A DNA stretch of 64,000 nt, from positions 3,992 to 67,991 of the forward strand of contig JAJCZM010000049.1 in assembly GCA_029262375.1 (NCBI GenBank), written 5' to 3'. This DNA comes from Deltaproteobacteria bacterium. GTDB lineage: Bacteria > Desulfobacterota > Binatia > UBA1149 > SPBQ01. The translations under genes were made by a program, and so were the position numbers. Under the pieces are notes generated by a model. It was not told the origin of the DNA. It searched no databases and saw only the letters and a program-made list of their open reading frames with translations. Below are positions 1 to 10,878 of the stretch, in pieces. The first letter of the stretch is position 1. Every line of letters starts with the position of its first letter.

Positions 1-468
<468 letters not shown>

Positions 469-501
469 CTATGCGGGCAAAGAACGTGATGTCGGGAACC
501 G

Positions 502-1422
502 TCAGGATCCCTTAGCGAGTTGTTCGGCGACCTCTTCGGCGAGATTGGACTCTTTCTTTTCAATGCCTTCGCCGAGTTGATAACGGACAAATCGCCTGAC
601 CTCGAGCTCCGCCCCCGTCTCCTTCCCAACCTGCGCGAGAAGCTTCTCGATCGTGAGATCGGGATCACGAACGTAATCCTGCTCTACGAGACAGATCTCG
701 CGGTAGTACTTCTCAATCTTGCCTTCGATGATTCGGTCGATGACGTTCTCGGGTTTTCCGGAAGCCAAGGCTTGGTTCTTGAATATCTCACGTTCCGCGT
801 CGAGGTCGGCCTCGGGGACGTCTTCGCGACGTGCGTAACGCGGGAAAGCCGCTGCGACTTGCATGGCCAAGGAACGCAACACTTCGCCGTGTTCGGCGTT
901 GGCGCCTCCGACTTCAATGAGTACGCCGATCTTGCCACCAGCGTGCACGTAACTGCCAACGGCGCCGTCAGACTTGATGCGGGTGAAGCGACGCAGACCG
1001 ATGTTCTCACCGATGTTCGCGACGGCCTCGTTGATTACTGCAGACAGGCTCGCACCGTTGACGTCGATCTCGGCAACGTCTTCACCGGTGCCCTCGCTCG
1101 GAATATCGCTGGAAAGAAGCGCGTTCGAAATGTTCGTCAGAATCGCGACGAAGTTATCGGTCTTCGCGACGAAATCGGTCTCGCAATTGAGCTCGAGAAG
1201 TACCGCTTCGCTGGCATCGTCGCTCGACAGCACGCCAACCAGCCCTTCGGCTGCGACGCGACCTGCCTTCTTGGCGGCGCTGGCCAGGCCCTTCTCTCGA
1301 AGCAGCGCAACGGCCGCCTCGAGATCGGCCTCGGTCTCCTGAAGCGCACGCTTGCAGTCCATCATGCCTGCGCCGGTGCGATCGCGGAGATCCTTTACGA
1401 GAGAAGCGGTAATCGTGCTCAT
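502..1422 (-). CDS. tsf: Translation elongation factor Ts
   Basis: 306-aa ORF. The N-terminus [45 protein letters not shown] is the EF-Ts N-terminal signature. 4-nt ATGA overlap with the rpsB stop. Confidence 0.95.
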   Translation of the reverse strand: MSTITASLVKDLRDRTGAGMMDCKRALQETEADLEAAVALLREKGLASAAKKAGRVAAEGLVGVLSSDDASEAVLLELNCETDFVAKTDNFVAILTNISNALLSSDIPSEGTGEDVAEIDVNGASLSAVINEAVANIGENIGLRRFTRIKSDGAVGSYVHAGGKIGVLIEVGGANAEHGEVLRSLAMQVAAAFPRYARREDVPEADLDAEREIFKNQALASGKPENVIDRIIEGKIEKYYREICLVEQDYVRDPDLTIEKLLAQVGKETGAELEVRRFVRYQLGEGIEKKESNLAEEVAEQLAKGS

Positions 1423-2333
1423 TGAGTCGTTCCAGGCGTCGTAGGTTCGGTCGGTGCGGCTTCGGCTTCCGGGGCTGCTTCTGCTTCGGGCGCTGCTGCC
1501 GGTGTCGCTGCCGCTTGGGTCGCGGCTGCTACGGGCTCTGCGGAAGCGCCTGCAGGAACTTCGTCGGCGGCCGTTGCCGGCTCGGACGGCGTAGCCGTCA
1601 CGCCGAACTCGGCAGCCATGTCGCCCTTGCCTTTCAGTCGCTCTTCACGCGCGGCCTGTCCCTCGAGATGCGCATCGGCAATCGCGGAACAGAACAGTCG
1701 GATAGCACGGATCGCATCGTCGTTGCCGGGGATGCAATGAGAGATGTTGTCGGGATCACAGTTCGAATCGACGACCGCGATGACCGGAATGGCGAGCCGG
1801 TTCGCTTCGTGAATTGCGATCGCCTCGCGATCGGGATCGATGACGAACATCGCGTCCGGCAATCGCTTCATGTCGCGCACACCCTGAAGGTTGCCTTTCA
1901 GTTTGTCGCACTCGCGCTGAAGCATGAGCCGCTCTTTCTTCTTGAGAAGCGACATGGCCGCTTCGTCTTCGAGCTGCTCTTCGACCTTCTTGAGTCGTTC
2001 GATCGACAGCTTGATCGTCTGGAAGTTGGTGAGCGTTCCGCCGAGCCAACGCGCGTTGACGTAGGTCTGACCACAACGCGCCGCTTCAGCCTTGACCGGC
2101 TCTTGCGCCTGCTTCTTCGTACCGACGAAGAGTAAGTTGCCGCCATTTGCCGCGATCTCTTTGACGACGTCGCACGCGGTACGGAAAAGCGTGACCGTCT
2201 GCTGAAGGTCGATGATGTGAATTCCGTTTCGTGCGCCGAAGATGTACGGGCGCATCTTGGGATTCCAACGGCTCGTCTGGTGTCCAAAGTGGACGCCCGC
2301 TTCGAGCAGCTGCTTCATACTAACTTGGCTCAT
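1419..2333 (-). CDS. rpsB: 30S ribosomal protein S2 with an Ala/Pro/Glu-rich C-terminal tail
   Basis: 304-aa ORF starting [46 protein letters not shown] (S2 signature). The last ~60 residues (about 1422-1598) are an A/P/E low-complexity tail. Confidence 0.95.
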   Translation of the reverse strand: MSQVSMKQLLEAGVHFGHQTSRWNPKMRPYIFGARNGIHIIDLQQTVTLFRTACDVVKEIAANGGNLLFVGTKKQAQEPVKAEAARCGQTYVNARWLGGTLTNFQTIKLSIERLKKVEEQLEDEAAMSLLKKKERLMLQRECDKLKGNLQGVRDMKRLPDAMFVIDPDREAIAIHEANRLAIPVIAVVDSNCDPDNISHCIPGNDDAIRAIRLFCSAIADAHLEGQAAREERLKGKGDMAAEFGVTATPSEPATAADEVPAGASAEPVAAATQAAATPAAAPEAEAAPEAEAAPTEPTTPGTTQ

Positions 2334-2406
2334 TCAGACCTCTTTCTAGATTCCATCGTTGAGATTCCTTCTGTTTCCGGCTCCGCAGTTTCAGACGGTA
2401 CACAAT

Positions 2407-2494
2407 CGAAGCACACTGGCGCGCGAAGCACACTGGCGCGCGAAGCACAGCTAGCGCGCGAAGCGCAGCTCGCCGGCGAAGCGCGGTTGGCGCG
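2407..2494. repeat. Five tandem copies of a 17-18 bp GC-rich unit in the rho-rpsB spacer
   Basis: CGAAGCACACTGGCGCG is exact at 2407-2423 and 2424-2440. Diverged copies follow: CGAAGCACAGCTAGCGCG, CGAAGCGCAGCTCGCCGG, CGAAGCGCGGTTGGCGCG. Confidence 0.8.
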
Positions 2495-2601
2495 TCACGT
2501 GCGACCTGCGGGCCCCCCGGAAAAACGCATAAACACCGGACATAACAAAACATTAGGGGGGATGCAATGTGTCAATAAGCCCCGCCCCGCCTGCATTTAG
2601 C

Positions 2602-4089
2602 CTACGAGTTCATCGACGATAGGAAGTCGTCGTTGTCCTTGGTCCCCTTCATCTTTCCGAGCAGGAACTCCATCGCCTCGACCGTATTGAGCTGGGTAAG
2701 CAGCTTTCGCAAGACGTGTACCCGAGTGAGCGCATCCTTCGGGACGAGCAGGTCCTCTTTTCGGGTTCCGGACTTCTGGATATCGATGCAGGGGTAGATG
2801 CGTCGATCCATCAGCTTGCGGTCCAAGTGGATCTCGCAGTTGCCGGTTCCCTTGAACTCTTCGAAAATGACCTCGTCCATACGGCTGCCGGTATCGATCA
2901 GGGCGGTACCGATGATCGTCAAACTGCCGCCGTCTTCGATATTACGGGCCGCACCGAAGAACTTCTTCGGTCCGCGTAGCGCGTTAGAGTCGACACCACC
3001 ACTGAGGATCTTGCCGCTCGGCGGCACCGTCGCGTTGTAGGCGCGCGCCAGGCGGGTAATCGAGTCGAGCAGGATCACGACGTCCTTACCGTGCTCGACC
3101 AGGCGTTTCGCCTTTTCGATAACCATTTCAGCTACCTGCACGTGTCGCGTCGGCGGTTCGTCGAAAGTCGAGGCTATCACCTCGCCCTGAACCGATCGCT
3201 GCATGTCGGTCACTTCCTCGGGCCGCTCGTCGATGAGCAGCACGATGAGAATAACCTCTTTGTGATTCTGGGCGATACCGTGGGCGATGCTCTGCAGCAT
3301 CACGGTCTTACCGGTTCGCGGCGCCGCGACGATCAACGCGCGTTGCCCTTTGCCTACCGGCACCATCAGATCGATCACCCGCGATGTGAACTCGGCAGGG
3401 TCATGCGACAGCGACAACGGCTCATCTGGATAGAGCGGCGTCAGATTGTCGAACAGGACCTTCTTACGAGAGTTCTCGGGCTCTTCGTAGTTGATCGCCG
3501 AGACTTTGAGCAGCGCGAAGTAGCGCTCGCCCTCTTTCGGCGATCGGATCAGCCCCGAGACCACGTCGCCCGTACGCAGGCCGAAACGCCGCACCTGGCT
3601 CGGCGATATATAGATGTCGTCGGGTCCGGGAAGGTAGTTGGAATCGGGGGCACGGAGGAAGCCGAACCCGTCGGGGAGTATCTCTAGAACCCCCTCTCCG
3701 TACACGTTGCCCGACTGCTCGGCCTGGGCGCCGAGGATGCCGAAGATCAGTTCCTGCTTGCGCAGGTTCGACGCCCCTTCGACGTTCAATTCACGAGCGA
3801 TTTCGACGAGTTCTTTCGCCGTCTTCGCCTTCAGTTGCTTGATGTCGAGGGTCGGGGCGTCTGGATTGATTAATGCCTCAGCCGCTTCTTCCGCCTCCGC
3901 CTCGCGGCGCTCACGATTCTCGTCGCGCTCGTCTCTTCTCTTGGGAGCCGTATTGCCCGGTTGACGCTTCTCGCCACCGCCGCCGCCGCCCTTGCCGCGA
4001 TTGGAGTTCCCGCGCGAGCGGGGGGCCGCTTTACTCTTTCTAGTCCTGCCTTCTGTCACAGTGCTCCGTCCGGTTGCCGTACTCGGCAT
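2602..4089 (-). CDS. rho: Transcription termination factor Rho with an Arg/Gly/Lys/Glu-rich N-terminal extension
   Basis: 495-aa ORF. Contains the Rho N-terminal and RNA-binding region ([43 protein letters not shown]), Walker A (PRTGKT) and the C-terminal ATPase. Confidence 0.95.
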   Translation of the reverse strand: MPSTATGRSTVTEGRTRKSKAAPRSRGNSNRGKGGGGGGEKRQPGNTAPKRRDERDENRERREAEAEEAAEALINPDAPTLDIKQLKAKTAKELVEIARELNVEGASNLRKQELIFGILGAQAEQSGNVYGEGVLEILPDGFGFLRAPDSNYLPGPDDIYISPSQVRRFGLRTGDVVSGLIRSPKEGERYFALLKVSAINYEEPENSRKKVLFDNLTPLYPDEPLSLSHDPAEFTSRVIDLMVPVGKGQRALIVAAPRTGKTVMLQSIAHGIAQNHKEVILIVLLIDERPEEVTDMQRSVQGEVIASTFDEPPTRHVQVAEMVIEKAKRLVEHGKDVVILLDSITRLARAYNATVPPSGKILSGGVDSNALRGPKKFFGAARNIEDGGSLTIIGTALIDTGSRMDEVIFEEFKGTGNCEIHLDRKLMDRRIYPCIDIQKSGTRKEDLLVPKDALTRVHVLRKLLTQLNTVEAMEFLLGKMKGTKDNDDFLSSMNS

Positions 4090-4486
4090 TTGTTGCGGAT
4101 TGGTTCGGACCCGACTCGCTCGCGAAGCACCCTAAGTTGGTGATTTCGTGATGAATTCGGGCGTGGATTGTGTCGCTGTGGGCGCTCCGCCGAGCCTAAG
4201 AGCCGTATCGCTCGTAGGCCGGTCGCTCCTGGGCCGCCTTGCGGATCGCCGGCGCCTTCAAGTGTAGCCATCAACCGGAGAGAATCTTGGACCGCGCGCC
4301 TGAGAGTGAGCCTAAAAGTCCAGCGTTTGATTGCACAAAGGGGAAAACCCGAACTGGCTGAGAAGTGAACGCTGGCGCCGAGGCGCGGTAGGAATGGTCC
4401 CTCCGGGAGGGTGTTTAGACCGTACTGAATCCCCTTGCGGGAGTCAATAGAATTCGGGATCGGCCCTTATGTGACCCTTGTGATCT

Positions 4487-5479
4487 CTATGGGGCTCGCA
4501 GCGCATCGAGCAGCTCGGTCAGGTCGGCTGGAAGCGGCGCCTCGAGCGTCATCCGACGCCCATCACCGGGATGATCGAAGGCGATTCGCCAGGCGTGCAG
4601 AGCCTGCCGCTTCATACCGACGAGCGCAGCCGCGCGCGGCCCCCACTGCTTGCGCAGACGTGCAAGCGTTTTCGGCCCGGGCGCTCCGTACGTCTTGTCC
4701 CCGACGATCGGCCAGCCCTGCGCCGCCAGGTGCACTCGGATCTGGTGGGTACGCCCGGTATGCGGCGACACGCGCAAGAACGTCGCCAGCTCGAAGCGTT
4801 CCTCGACCTCGTACACCGTCAGCGCCGAACGCGATTGGCGCGCGGCGATCGACATCTTCTTTCGTTCGGTAGGATGGCGCCCGATCGGCGCATCGATCTC
4901 GCCGCCCTTGTCTACGTTGCCGCGAACCACTGCCGCATACTCCTTTTTGATCGTACGATCGCGGAACTGCGCAGCGAGCTTCTCGTGCGCGGCGACCGTG
5001 CGCGCAACCAAGATGACTCCCGAAGTATCGCGATCCAAACGGTGGACGATACCGGCGCGATCAGCCGGCCCTGTCCACCCGGTCGGTGGATAGGCATGTA
5101 AGATTGCGTTGACCAATGTACCGGCGCGGTGGCCCGCAGCCGGATGAACGACCATGCCCGCGGCTTTGTTGACGACGACCAGATCGTCGTCGGCGAAGAG
5201 CACTTCCAGCGCAATGTCTTCGGCGACGGCGTCGCCCGGCTGTTCGCGGTGTACGAACCGCAGCACGACGCACTCGCCACCGCGAAGTCGCATCGAAGCC
5301 TTAGCGGGCTTGTCATCGACGGTTACGTCACCGCGCGCAATCGCCGCGGCGATTTGTGAACGCGTCGGCGCATCGTCACGCCCCGCCAACCAGCGGTCGA
5401 GTCGCTGACCGCTGTCGTCGGGATCGACCAGATACGTTCTCCGGTGGTCCGCCTCGCTCGCGTCGCTCGCCTCACTCAC
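4487..5479 (-). CDS. rluD: RluA-family rRNA pseudouridine synthase (RluD-like)
   Basis: 330-aa ORF. Has an S4-like N-terminus (RLDRWLA) and the catalytic HRLDRDTSGVILVAR motif. 4-nt overlap with ribF. Confidence 0.85.
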   Translation of the reverse strand: MSEASDASEADHRRTYLVDPDDSGQRLDRWLAGRDDAPTRSQIAAAIARGDVTVDDKPAKASMRLRGGECVVLRFVHREQPGDAVAEDIALEVLFADDDLVVVNKAAGMVVHPAAGHRAGTLVNAILHAYPPTGWTGPADRAGIVHRLDRDTSGVILVARTVAAHEKLAAQFRDRTIKKEYAAVVRGNVDKGGEIDAPIGRHPTERKKMSIAARQSRSALTVYEVEERFELATFLRVSPHTGRTHQIRVHLAAQGWPIVGDKTYGAPGPKTLARLRKQWGPRAAALVGMKRQALHAWRIAFDHPGDGRRMTLEAPLPADLTELLDALRAP

Positions 5480-6426
5480 CCCGATAGTCCGGTCGCAGAT
5501 GGAAGCGACAGGAGAATGTCTTTTGCGCGTGCAACGTCGCTGGCGATCTGTGCCGTGAGTTCATCGGGGCCGCTGAACTTCTTCTGCTCGCGCAGCTTCT
5601 CGTAGAACTCCAACGCCATGGGACGCGCATAGAAGTCTTCCCACTCGGTGAACAGATGCGCCTCGATCACGGTTTCGGTGCCGCCGAAGGTCGGCGTGTG
5701 ACCGATCGAGGTAACCCCGTCGATGGTACGCTCGCCGACGACGGCGCGCGTCGCGTACACGCCGTCGGGCGGTACCAGCTGCGTCTTGGGCTTGAGGTTC
5801 GCGGTCGCGAATCCGAGACTGCGCCCGCGCCCTGCCCCCTTGACGACACGTCCGCGGACGACATGCGGACGACCGAGCAATTTCGCCGCCATCGCCACGT
5901 CTCCCGAAGCCACTTTCTCGCGCACGAGGCTGGAATGAACGATCAAGCCTTCGGCTTCTACCGGGCTGATGACTTCGACTGCGAACCCGTGTGTGCCACC
6001 GGCTTCGATGAGTTTCTCGACATTGCCCCCACGCGCTTTGCCGAAATTGAGATCGTGACCGACGATGATCTTGTCGGCGTCGAGTATCTCGACGAGAAAC
6101 CGACGAATGAACTCGTCGGCCGTAATGTCGGCGAACGCGCGAGAGAAGCGCTGCACGACGACACCGTCCATGCCGTAGTCGTGCAACGAGTGCAGCCGAT
6201 CGCCGAGCGGCATCAGCAAGCGCGGCGCCGCTTCCGGCCTCAGAATCGAAATGGGATGCGGCTCGAACGTCAGCGCGACGGCATCGCTACCGCGATGATC
6301 TGCGTCTTCACGCACCTGTCGCAGGATGTACTGGTGACCGCGGTGAACGCCGTCGAAGTTCCCGATGGTGAGAACGGGGCGCCGAAACGCACCGCGCGCA
6401 CGCTCGAGACTACGAAAGACGCGCAT
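5476..6426 (-). CDS. ribF: Bifunctional riboflavin kinase / FMN adenylyltransferase
   Basis: 316-aa ORF. Has the N-terminal GNFDGVHRGHQ nucleotidyltransferase motif and a C-terminal riboflavin-kinase half (PTANL-like GFATANL). Confidence 0.9.
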   Translation of the reverse strand: MRVFRSLERARGAFRRPVLTIGNFDGVHRGHQYILRQVREDADHRGSDAVALTFEPHPISILRPEAAPRLLMPLGDRLHSLHDYGMDGVVVQRFSRAFADITADEFIRRFLVEILDADKIIVGHDLNFGKARGGNVEKLIEAGGTHGFAVEVISPVEAEGLIVHSSLVREKVASGDVAMAAKLLGRPHVVRGRVVKGAGRGRSLGFATANLKPKTQLVPPDGVYATRAVVGERTIDGVTSIGHTPTFGGTETVIEAHLFTEWEDFYARPMALEFYEKLREQKKFSGPDELTAQIASDVARAKDILLSLPSATGLSG

Positions 6427-6445
6427 CGTTTGTTGATCTGGCGGA

Positions 6446-7468
6446 CTAGCCGCCCATCTGCCTCAGCAAGGAGTTCGCGCGCTCGGCTTCCTGCGACCCG
6501 GGGTAGCGGTTGACGAGCTTCTGAAGGCTAAGACGCGCATCGACATCGTCACCGATCTTGCTGAACACGTTCGCTAGCTTGAGCAATGCTGCGGCGCTGC
6601 GATCGCCGGAACCGTAGCGCAGAACCACCTGATTGAACTCTTTGATCGCGTTCGAATACAGGCCCTTCCGCAAGTACGACTCGCCAATCCAGTACTGCGC
6701 GTCGTCCGAATAGGCGGACGATGGGGATCGATGAATGAAGTCTCGGAAGTATTGGATCGCATCGTCGTAGTTGCGATCTACGAACGCGCGTACACCGTCG
6801 TCGAAACCGCTTCCGCGCAGCGATACCGGAACATGCGGCACGTCTTTGTCGAGTCCCGACTCACCGGGTTCCACCCATGCACCGCCGCCGCGAATTCCGG
6901 CAACGATGCCGCCGCTGCTATCGCGCGAAACGTCACCGCCAACGGGCGCACCGGGCTGCCCATCTTGGATAGCGTCGGGAGTCCCTGGGTACGCGCTACC
7001 GCCGGGAAAACCCGACGGGATGCCGGGCGCCGAAGCCATGCGGCCATCGGCACTGTCGCCGACCGCCGGTCCGCCGTCGGGCGAAGCGGCGCTGCCGTCG
7101 CCCTCACCTTGATAAGACCACGCCGAAGAATCCGTTGAACCACCACGCCAACGCGGATCGGAAGAACCGGCCGGTGCCGTCGGATAGGCACTCGGCGCAC
7201 CGCCGCGCCCCCCATCGGCGTACTGCATGTACTCGACGAGCGCGCGCAGACGTTCTTGATCGCGACGTACCGCTTCCAGCTCCTCTCGCGTCTCGACGAC
7301 CATGCGCCGTAGCTCGCGATCGTTGGTCTGCATCTGAGCCGTCGCCGCGCAGCCGGTGAGACCGAATGCAACGATTGCCACAACGGCGGCGTTCACAGCA
7401 GTAGGCAATTGCGCGATGCAACGCGGTTGCGGGCTATGCGCGCGATCCAAAGAATCCGGGGTGTTCAT
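6446..7468 (-). CDS. cpoB: Tol-Pal system protein CpoB/YbgF (coiled coil, G/P/S-rich linker, C-terminal TPR)
   Basis: 340-aa ORF. The C-terminus is AIQYFRDFIHRSPSSAYSDDAQYWIGESYLRKGLYSNAIKEFNQVVLRYGSGDRSAAALLKLANVF, typical of YbgF. It lies directly downstream of pal. Confidence 0.8.
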   Translation of the reverse strand: MNTPDSLDRAHSPQPRCIAQLPTAVNAAVVAIVAFGLTGCAATAQMQTNDRELRRMVVETREELEAVRRDQERLRALVEYMQYADGGRGGAPSAYPTAPAGSSDPRWRGGSTDSSAWSYQGEGDGSAASPDGGPAVGDSADGRMASAPGIPSGFPGGSAYPGTPDAIQDGQPGAPVGGDVSRDSSGGIVAGIRGGGAWVEPGESGLDKDVPHVPVSLRGSGFDDGVRAFVDRNYDDAIQYFRDFIHRSPSSAYSDDAQYWIGESYLRKGLYSNAIKEFNQVVLRYGSGDRSAAALLKLANVFSKIGDDVDARLSLQKLVNRYPGSQEAERANSLLRQMGG

Positions 7469-7475
7469 GACTGGT

Positions 7476-8033
7476 TCAGCGCCTCAGTTCTACGAGATGG
7501 CAGCGTCGGTTTTCAGACCAGCATTTGTCGCTCGTGTCTTTGCAAAGCGGAAGCTCTTCGCCGTAGCTCACGGTCGACATGCGCTCGTGGCTGACGCCGA
7601 GGCCGATCATCGCGTCGCGCACGGCACGGGCGCGGCGCGCACCGAGAGCCAAGTTGTATTCCGACGATCCGCGCTCGTCGCAGTGGCCTTCGATCTCCAC
7701 TTTGAGTCCGGGGTTCGATTCCATGATGGCGGCGTTGTTGCGTACCGACTCCATCGCCGACCCGTCGAGGCCGTCCGAATCGAAATCGAATCGTACGTCT
7801 TGGAAGACACCGCCGGCAGCGACTTCTCCGGTCCCTTCAAACTGATCTATGCTCGACGCGGCGGCCATCTGATCGGCCGAAAGCTCGTCGTCATACATGC
7901 CGCCGCCACGCTTGGACGAGCAGCCCGCGGTGGCAAAAGTAACCGCCAGCAAACACGCCGCGATCGCGATCTGCTTCTTGCCCATCATCCTGCCCATCAT
8001 CTTGCCCATCATCGTTCTCTTCCTGATCTTCAT
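7476..8033 (-). CDS. pal: Peptidoglycan-associated lipoprotein Pal (OmpA-like C-domain)
   Basis: The track ORF runs to 8108. I prefer the ATG at 8033 (MKIRKRTMMGKMMGRMMGKKQIAIAACLLAVTFATAGCSS, lipobox AGC), which has a GGAGAGAGG-like RBS just upstream. The OmpA motif is GHCDERGSSEYNLALGARRA. The n-region has an odd MMGK/MMGR triple repeat. Confidence 0.9.
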   Translation of the reverse strand: MKIRKRTMMGKMMGRMMGKKQIAIAACLLAVTFATAGCSSKRGGGMYDDELSADQMAAASSIDQFEGTGEVAAGGVFQDVRFDFDSDGLDGSAMESVRNNAAIMESNPGLKVEIEGHCDERGSSEYNLALGARRARAVRDAMIGLGVSHERMSTVSYGEELPLCKDTSDKCWSENRRCHLVELRR

Positions 8034-8070
8034 GTCAGTGCACCTCTCTCCAACGCCTACAAAGTGGGGC

Positions 8071-9399
8071 TTATTCGAGTCTGCGCGACCAACTTGGGGA
8101 GCTATCATCGCTCGAACCGTCGGTCAATTGCCTCTCTTGCCGTCCTTGTACGTCTATCATGTATAGTTTGCGCGTTCCTGCGCGCTTACTGGAATACGCC
8201 AGATAACGAGAATCCGGCGACCACGTCGGATCCTCGTTCGACCCCGAGCTCGTGAGCCGCCGCGGCGACCCGCCGGATGCCGGCATCACGTGAATCTGAA
8301 AGCGCCCGTTGGCCTGACCAGCGAACGCGATGTACTTGCCGTCGGGCGACCAAACCGGCGAACAATTGTAGTTGCCGTCGAAGGTGAGCCGCCGCAGGTC
8401 GTTGCCGCCGACGGTCATCTCGTAGATCTGGGGCGTACCGGAGCGCGAGGAGCAAAACACCATCCGACGACCGTCTGGCGCCCACGCCGGATCCACGTCG
8501 ATCGCCCAGTGGGTGGTCAGCGCACGCACCTTGCCGGCCGACGGGTCGAGTTCATGGATGTCGGTATTGCCGTTGTCCTCGCGAGCCAGCAGCACGCGTG
8601 AGCCATCGGGAGAATATGCGCCGCCCACGTTCACACCGAGCTTCGACGCCAGGCGACTGTCGTAACCGGTGCGCAGATCGAGGCTGTAAAGAACCGGCGA
8701 CCTGTTGCGGAACGACGTAAACAACAGCGCCTGCGCCGATGGATGCCAAGACGGCGCCATCGTGATCGAGCGATGGTCGGTCACCTTCTTCACTTCGCCG
8801 TCGAAGCTGTAGGTATGGATTTCGCGAAAGTGGCCGCCGCGGTTCGATACGAACGCGATCCGCGAGTCGAAGGGCCCGGGAATGCCGGTCAGGTATTCGA
8901 GCACCGTATCGGCCATTCGATGCGCCATGCGCGCAGCCTCAGAAGCCGAACCGCTCAAACGACGGCCACCGCTAGAGGAATGATCGGCGACATCGAAGGA
9001 GCGCACTTCGACCGCCATGTCGGCGCCCGTGCCCATGACGGATCCGCGGATGAGCGTCATCGCGCCGATACTGCGCCAGTTCTCGAAATTGATGGTGTCG
9101 CTGGTGACGCCCGAAGTCTGCGGATCGTCGATGTAGGCTGCGGGATCGATGACCCGGAAGATTCCCGAGAGTTCGAGATCACCACGCAGGACTTCGACGA
9201 ACTTGCGCGCGGAGGAGTCGTCGACGGCGCCGCTGCGTTTGAGCGCCGGCACGGCAATCGGAATCAGCCGCGCGCCGGCGCCTACGATCTCACCTCGAAT
9301 CTGGGCTTGCGCACTACCTACTGAGCACACGCATGACAGTGTCACGCCCGCGATGGTCATCGCCGCGAATCTTCTCAATCCCCTCTCCTTACCTACCAT
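8071..9399 (-). CDS. tolB: Tol-Pal beta-propeller protein TolB
   Basis: The track ORF runs to 9480. The signal-peptide-like start MVGKERGLRRFAAMTIAGVTLSCVCSVGSAQA is at 9399, so the start is uncertain. The C-terminal half has repeated P.WSPDG beta-propeller blades. Confidence 0.85.
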   Translation of the reverse strand: MVGKERGLRRFAAMTIAGVTLSCVCSVGSAQAQIRGEIVGAGARLIPIAVPALKRSGAVDDSSARKFVEVLRGDLELSGIFRVIDPAAYIDDPQTSGVTSDTINFENWRSIGAMTLIRGSVMGTGADMAVEVRSFDVADHSSSGGRRLSGSASEAARMAHRMADTVLEYLTGIPGPFDSRIAFVSNRGGHFREIHTYSFDGEVKKVTDHRSITMAPSWHPSAQALLFTSFRNRSPVLYSLDLRTGYDSRLASKLGVNVGGAYSPDGSRVLLAREDNGNTDIHELDPSAGKVRALTTHWAIDVDPAWAPDGRRMVFCSSRSGTPQIYEMTVGGNDLRRLTFDGNYNCSPVWSPDGKYIAFAGQANGRFQIHVMPASGGSPRRLTSSGSNEDPTWSPDSRYLAYSSKRAGTRKLYMIDVQGRQERQLTDGSSDDSSPSWSRRLE

Positions 9400-9463
9400 T
9401 CTCGACGGAGTCGCAACGACCCGCACTTGCGTGAACACATTGCGGGCCTCGGTACGCGACCCG

Positions 9464-10441
9464 CTACCATTGCGACGCATCTCCGGCGCTAATCTTCAGT
9501 TCGAAATCACCAAAGTCTGCTCGATACTTCTCCGGAGGCGGTCCTAGATCGACTGTGCTGCGCACCGCGTTGAGTGCCGAGCGGTCGAAATGCACGTTGC
9601 CAGAGGACTCGACGGCCCGCACCGACGTGACGGTACCGTCGGGCAGAATGGAGAACGCCACTACGGTGGCAAGATTCGGATCGGAGTCTTGTCCCCAGAC
9701 GAAGTTGGCCTTTATCGAGCCGAGCACACGGTTGTAGTAGCTCCAGAACGCCGCGCCGCGGATCTGCCCGGTCGTGCTTCCACTGCCCGCGCCGCCACCG
9801 CCGCCGCCGGCTGTGCTGGCGGAGGTACCGGCTGCGCCCCCGCCGCCTGTGGGTTTCGGCGCTTCAGCGGCCGGTTTGGGCGCGGGTTTAGGAGCGGGCT
9901 TAGGCGCCGGTTTGGGCTCGGGCTTGGGAGCCGGCTTCGGTGGCGGCTTCGGCGCCGGCTTCGGCTCGGGCTTCGGCACCGGTTTGGGCTCCGGCTTGGG
10001 CTTGGGCTCAGGCTTCGGCTCGGGCTTGGGCTCCGGCTTGGGCTCCGGCTTGGGTTCCGGCTTGGGAACGGGCTTCGGCTTCGGGGGCGGAGGCGGCTCC
10101 GGCTTCGGTTCCGGTTTGGGCTCAGGCTTAGGTGGTGGCGGTGGCTCGGGCTTCGGTTCGGGTTTCGGCTCGGGCTTCGGGGCCGGCGGCACACCGCCTT
10201 TCGCAAGCGGCCCTACATCCAAGAGTGGCGATCCGGCCGACGGCGAAACCAGGCCTACAACTGCCGCCCGCGGCAACTCACGCTCGCCCCACGAAAACAC
10301 CGCACCGATGGCAACCAGTGCAAAAATAGCGATGTGGACGGCGAGCGAAACCAGCAACGCCAACAACAATTGAGGATCGAATCGGCGGCGGTGAAGAAGC
10401 CGAGGGGCAGGCACGCCGCCCGAGTCCGACTGGCGAAGCAT
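9464..10441 (-). CDS. tolA: TolA-like energy-transducer protein (N-terminal TM anchor, long PEPK repeat, TonB-C-like domain)
   Basis: 325-aa ORF sitting in the tolA position between tolR and tolB. Has a TM helix ([25 protein letters not shown]), then ~100 aa of (PEPK)n, then a C-terminal TonB_C-like fold. Its start overlaps the tolR stop (TGATG). Confidence 0.7.
   Translation of the reverse strand: MLRQSDSGGVPAPRLLHRRRFDPQLLLALLVSLAVHIAIFALVAIGAVFSWGERELPRAAVVGLVSPSAGSPLLDVGPLAKGGVPPAPKPEPKPEPKPEPPPPPKPEPKPEPKPEPPPPPKPKPVPKPEPKPEPKPEPKPEPKPEPKPKPEPKPVPKPEPKPAPKPPPKPAPKPEPKPAPKPAPKPAPKPAAEAPKPTGGGGAAGTSASTAGGGGGGAGSGSTTGQIRGAAFWSYYNRVLGSIKANFVWGQDSDPNLATVVAFSILPDGTVTSVRAVESSGNVHFDRSALNAVRSTVDLGPPPEKYRADFGDFELKISAGDASQW
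9870..10190. repeat. Coding 12-nt-periodic repeat (PEPKPEPK...) inside the tolA-like gene
   Basis: Runs of GGCTTCGG/GGCTTGGG units are visible on the plus strand. They translate on the minus strand to [26 protein letters not shown].... Coordinates are approximate. Confidence 0.8.
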
Positions 10442-10854
10442 CAGACGTCCCGAGGCTCGGTAATCATGCCGAGTTTCTCGATGCCGGCCGACTTCAGAGC
10501 CGCGATAACGCCGACCACCGTGCCATAACTCGCGTCGTGGTCGGCGCGTAAGTAAATGATGTGATTGGGCTTTTCGATCGCGATCGCGACCAGCTTCTCC
10601 GTCAGCGTCGCCAACTCGTAGCGCGTGTCGTTGAGATAGACCTGCCCGTCGACGGTCACCGAAACGACCAACGAGATCTCTTCGCTCACCAACTGTTCGC
10701 CGCCGGCTTTCGGCAGATTCACGTTCACGCCCTGCTGAATCATCGGCGTCGTCACCATGAAGATGACGAGTAAGACGAGCATCACGTCGACGAGCGGCGT
10801 TACGTTGATCCCAGAGATCGCGCCGCCGTCACCATCATCGAGTCCGCCTGCCAT
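10441..10854 (-). CDS. tolR: TolR/ExbD biopolymer transport protein
   Basis: 137-aa ORF with the motif [19 protein letters not shown] and the ExbD fold pattern. Confidence 0.85.
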   Translation of the reverse strand: MAGGLDDGDGGAISGINVTPLVDVMLVLLVIFMVTTPMIQQGVNVNLPKAGGEQLVSEEISLVVSVTVDGQVYLNDTRYELATLTEKLVAIAIEKPNHIIYLRADHDASYGTVVGVIAALKSAGIEKLGMITEPRDV

Positions 10855-10878
10855 GGGTAGGGTCCGTCGCTCCCAGCC

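Noticed and set aside
2407-2494. A CRISPR-like reading of the 17-bp tandem repeats (and of the PEPK DNA repeat)
   Set aside because: The units are directly abutting with no spacers, are much shorter than CRISPR repeats, and no cas genes are present.
2550-2575. A confident sigma-70 promoter call for rpsB (TTGACA ... TAATGT)
   Set aside because: The hexamers are good but the spacer is only 14 nt, so it is mentioned only as a possibility inside a finding.
9590-10528. Long plus-strand ORFs (312 aa at 9590-10528, 199 aa at 9774-10373) and an alternative minus-strand frame (164 aa at 9712-10206) across the tolA-like repeat
   Set aside because: They are Gly/Arg/Leu- or Ser/Arg/Pro-rich mirror or off-frame translations of the (PEPK)n tract. 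The TolA-like frame has the TM anchor and a TonB-C-like domain, and it fits the operon.
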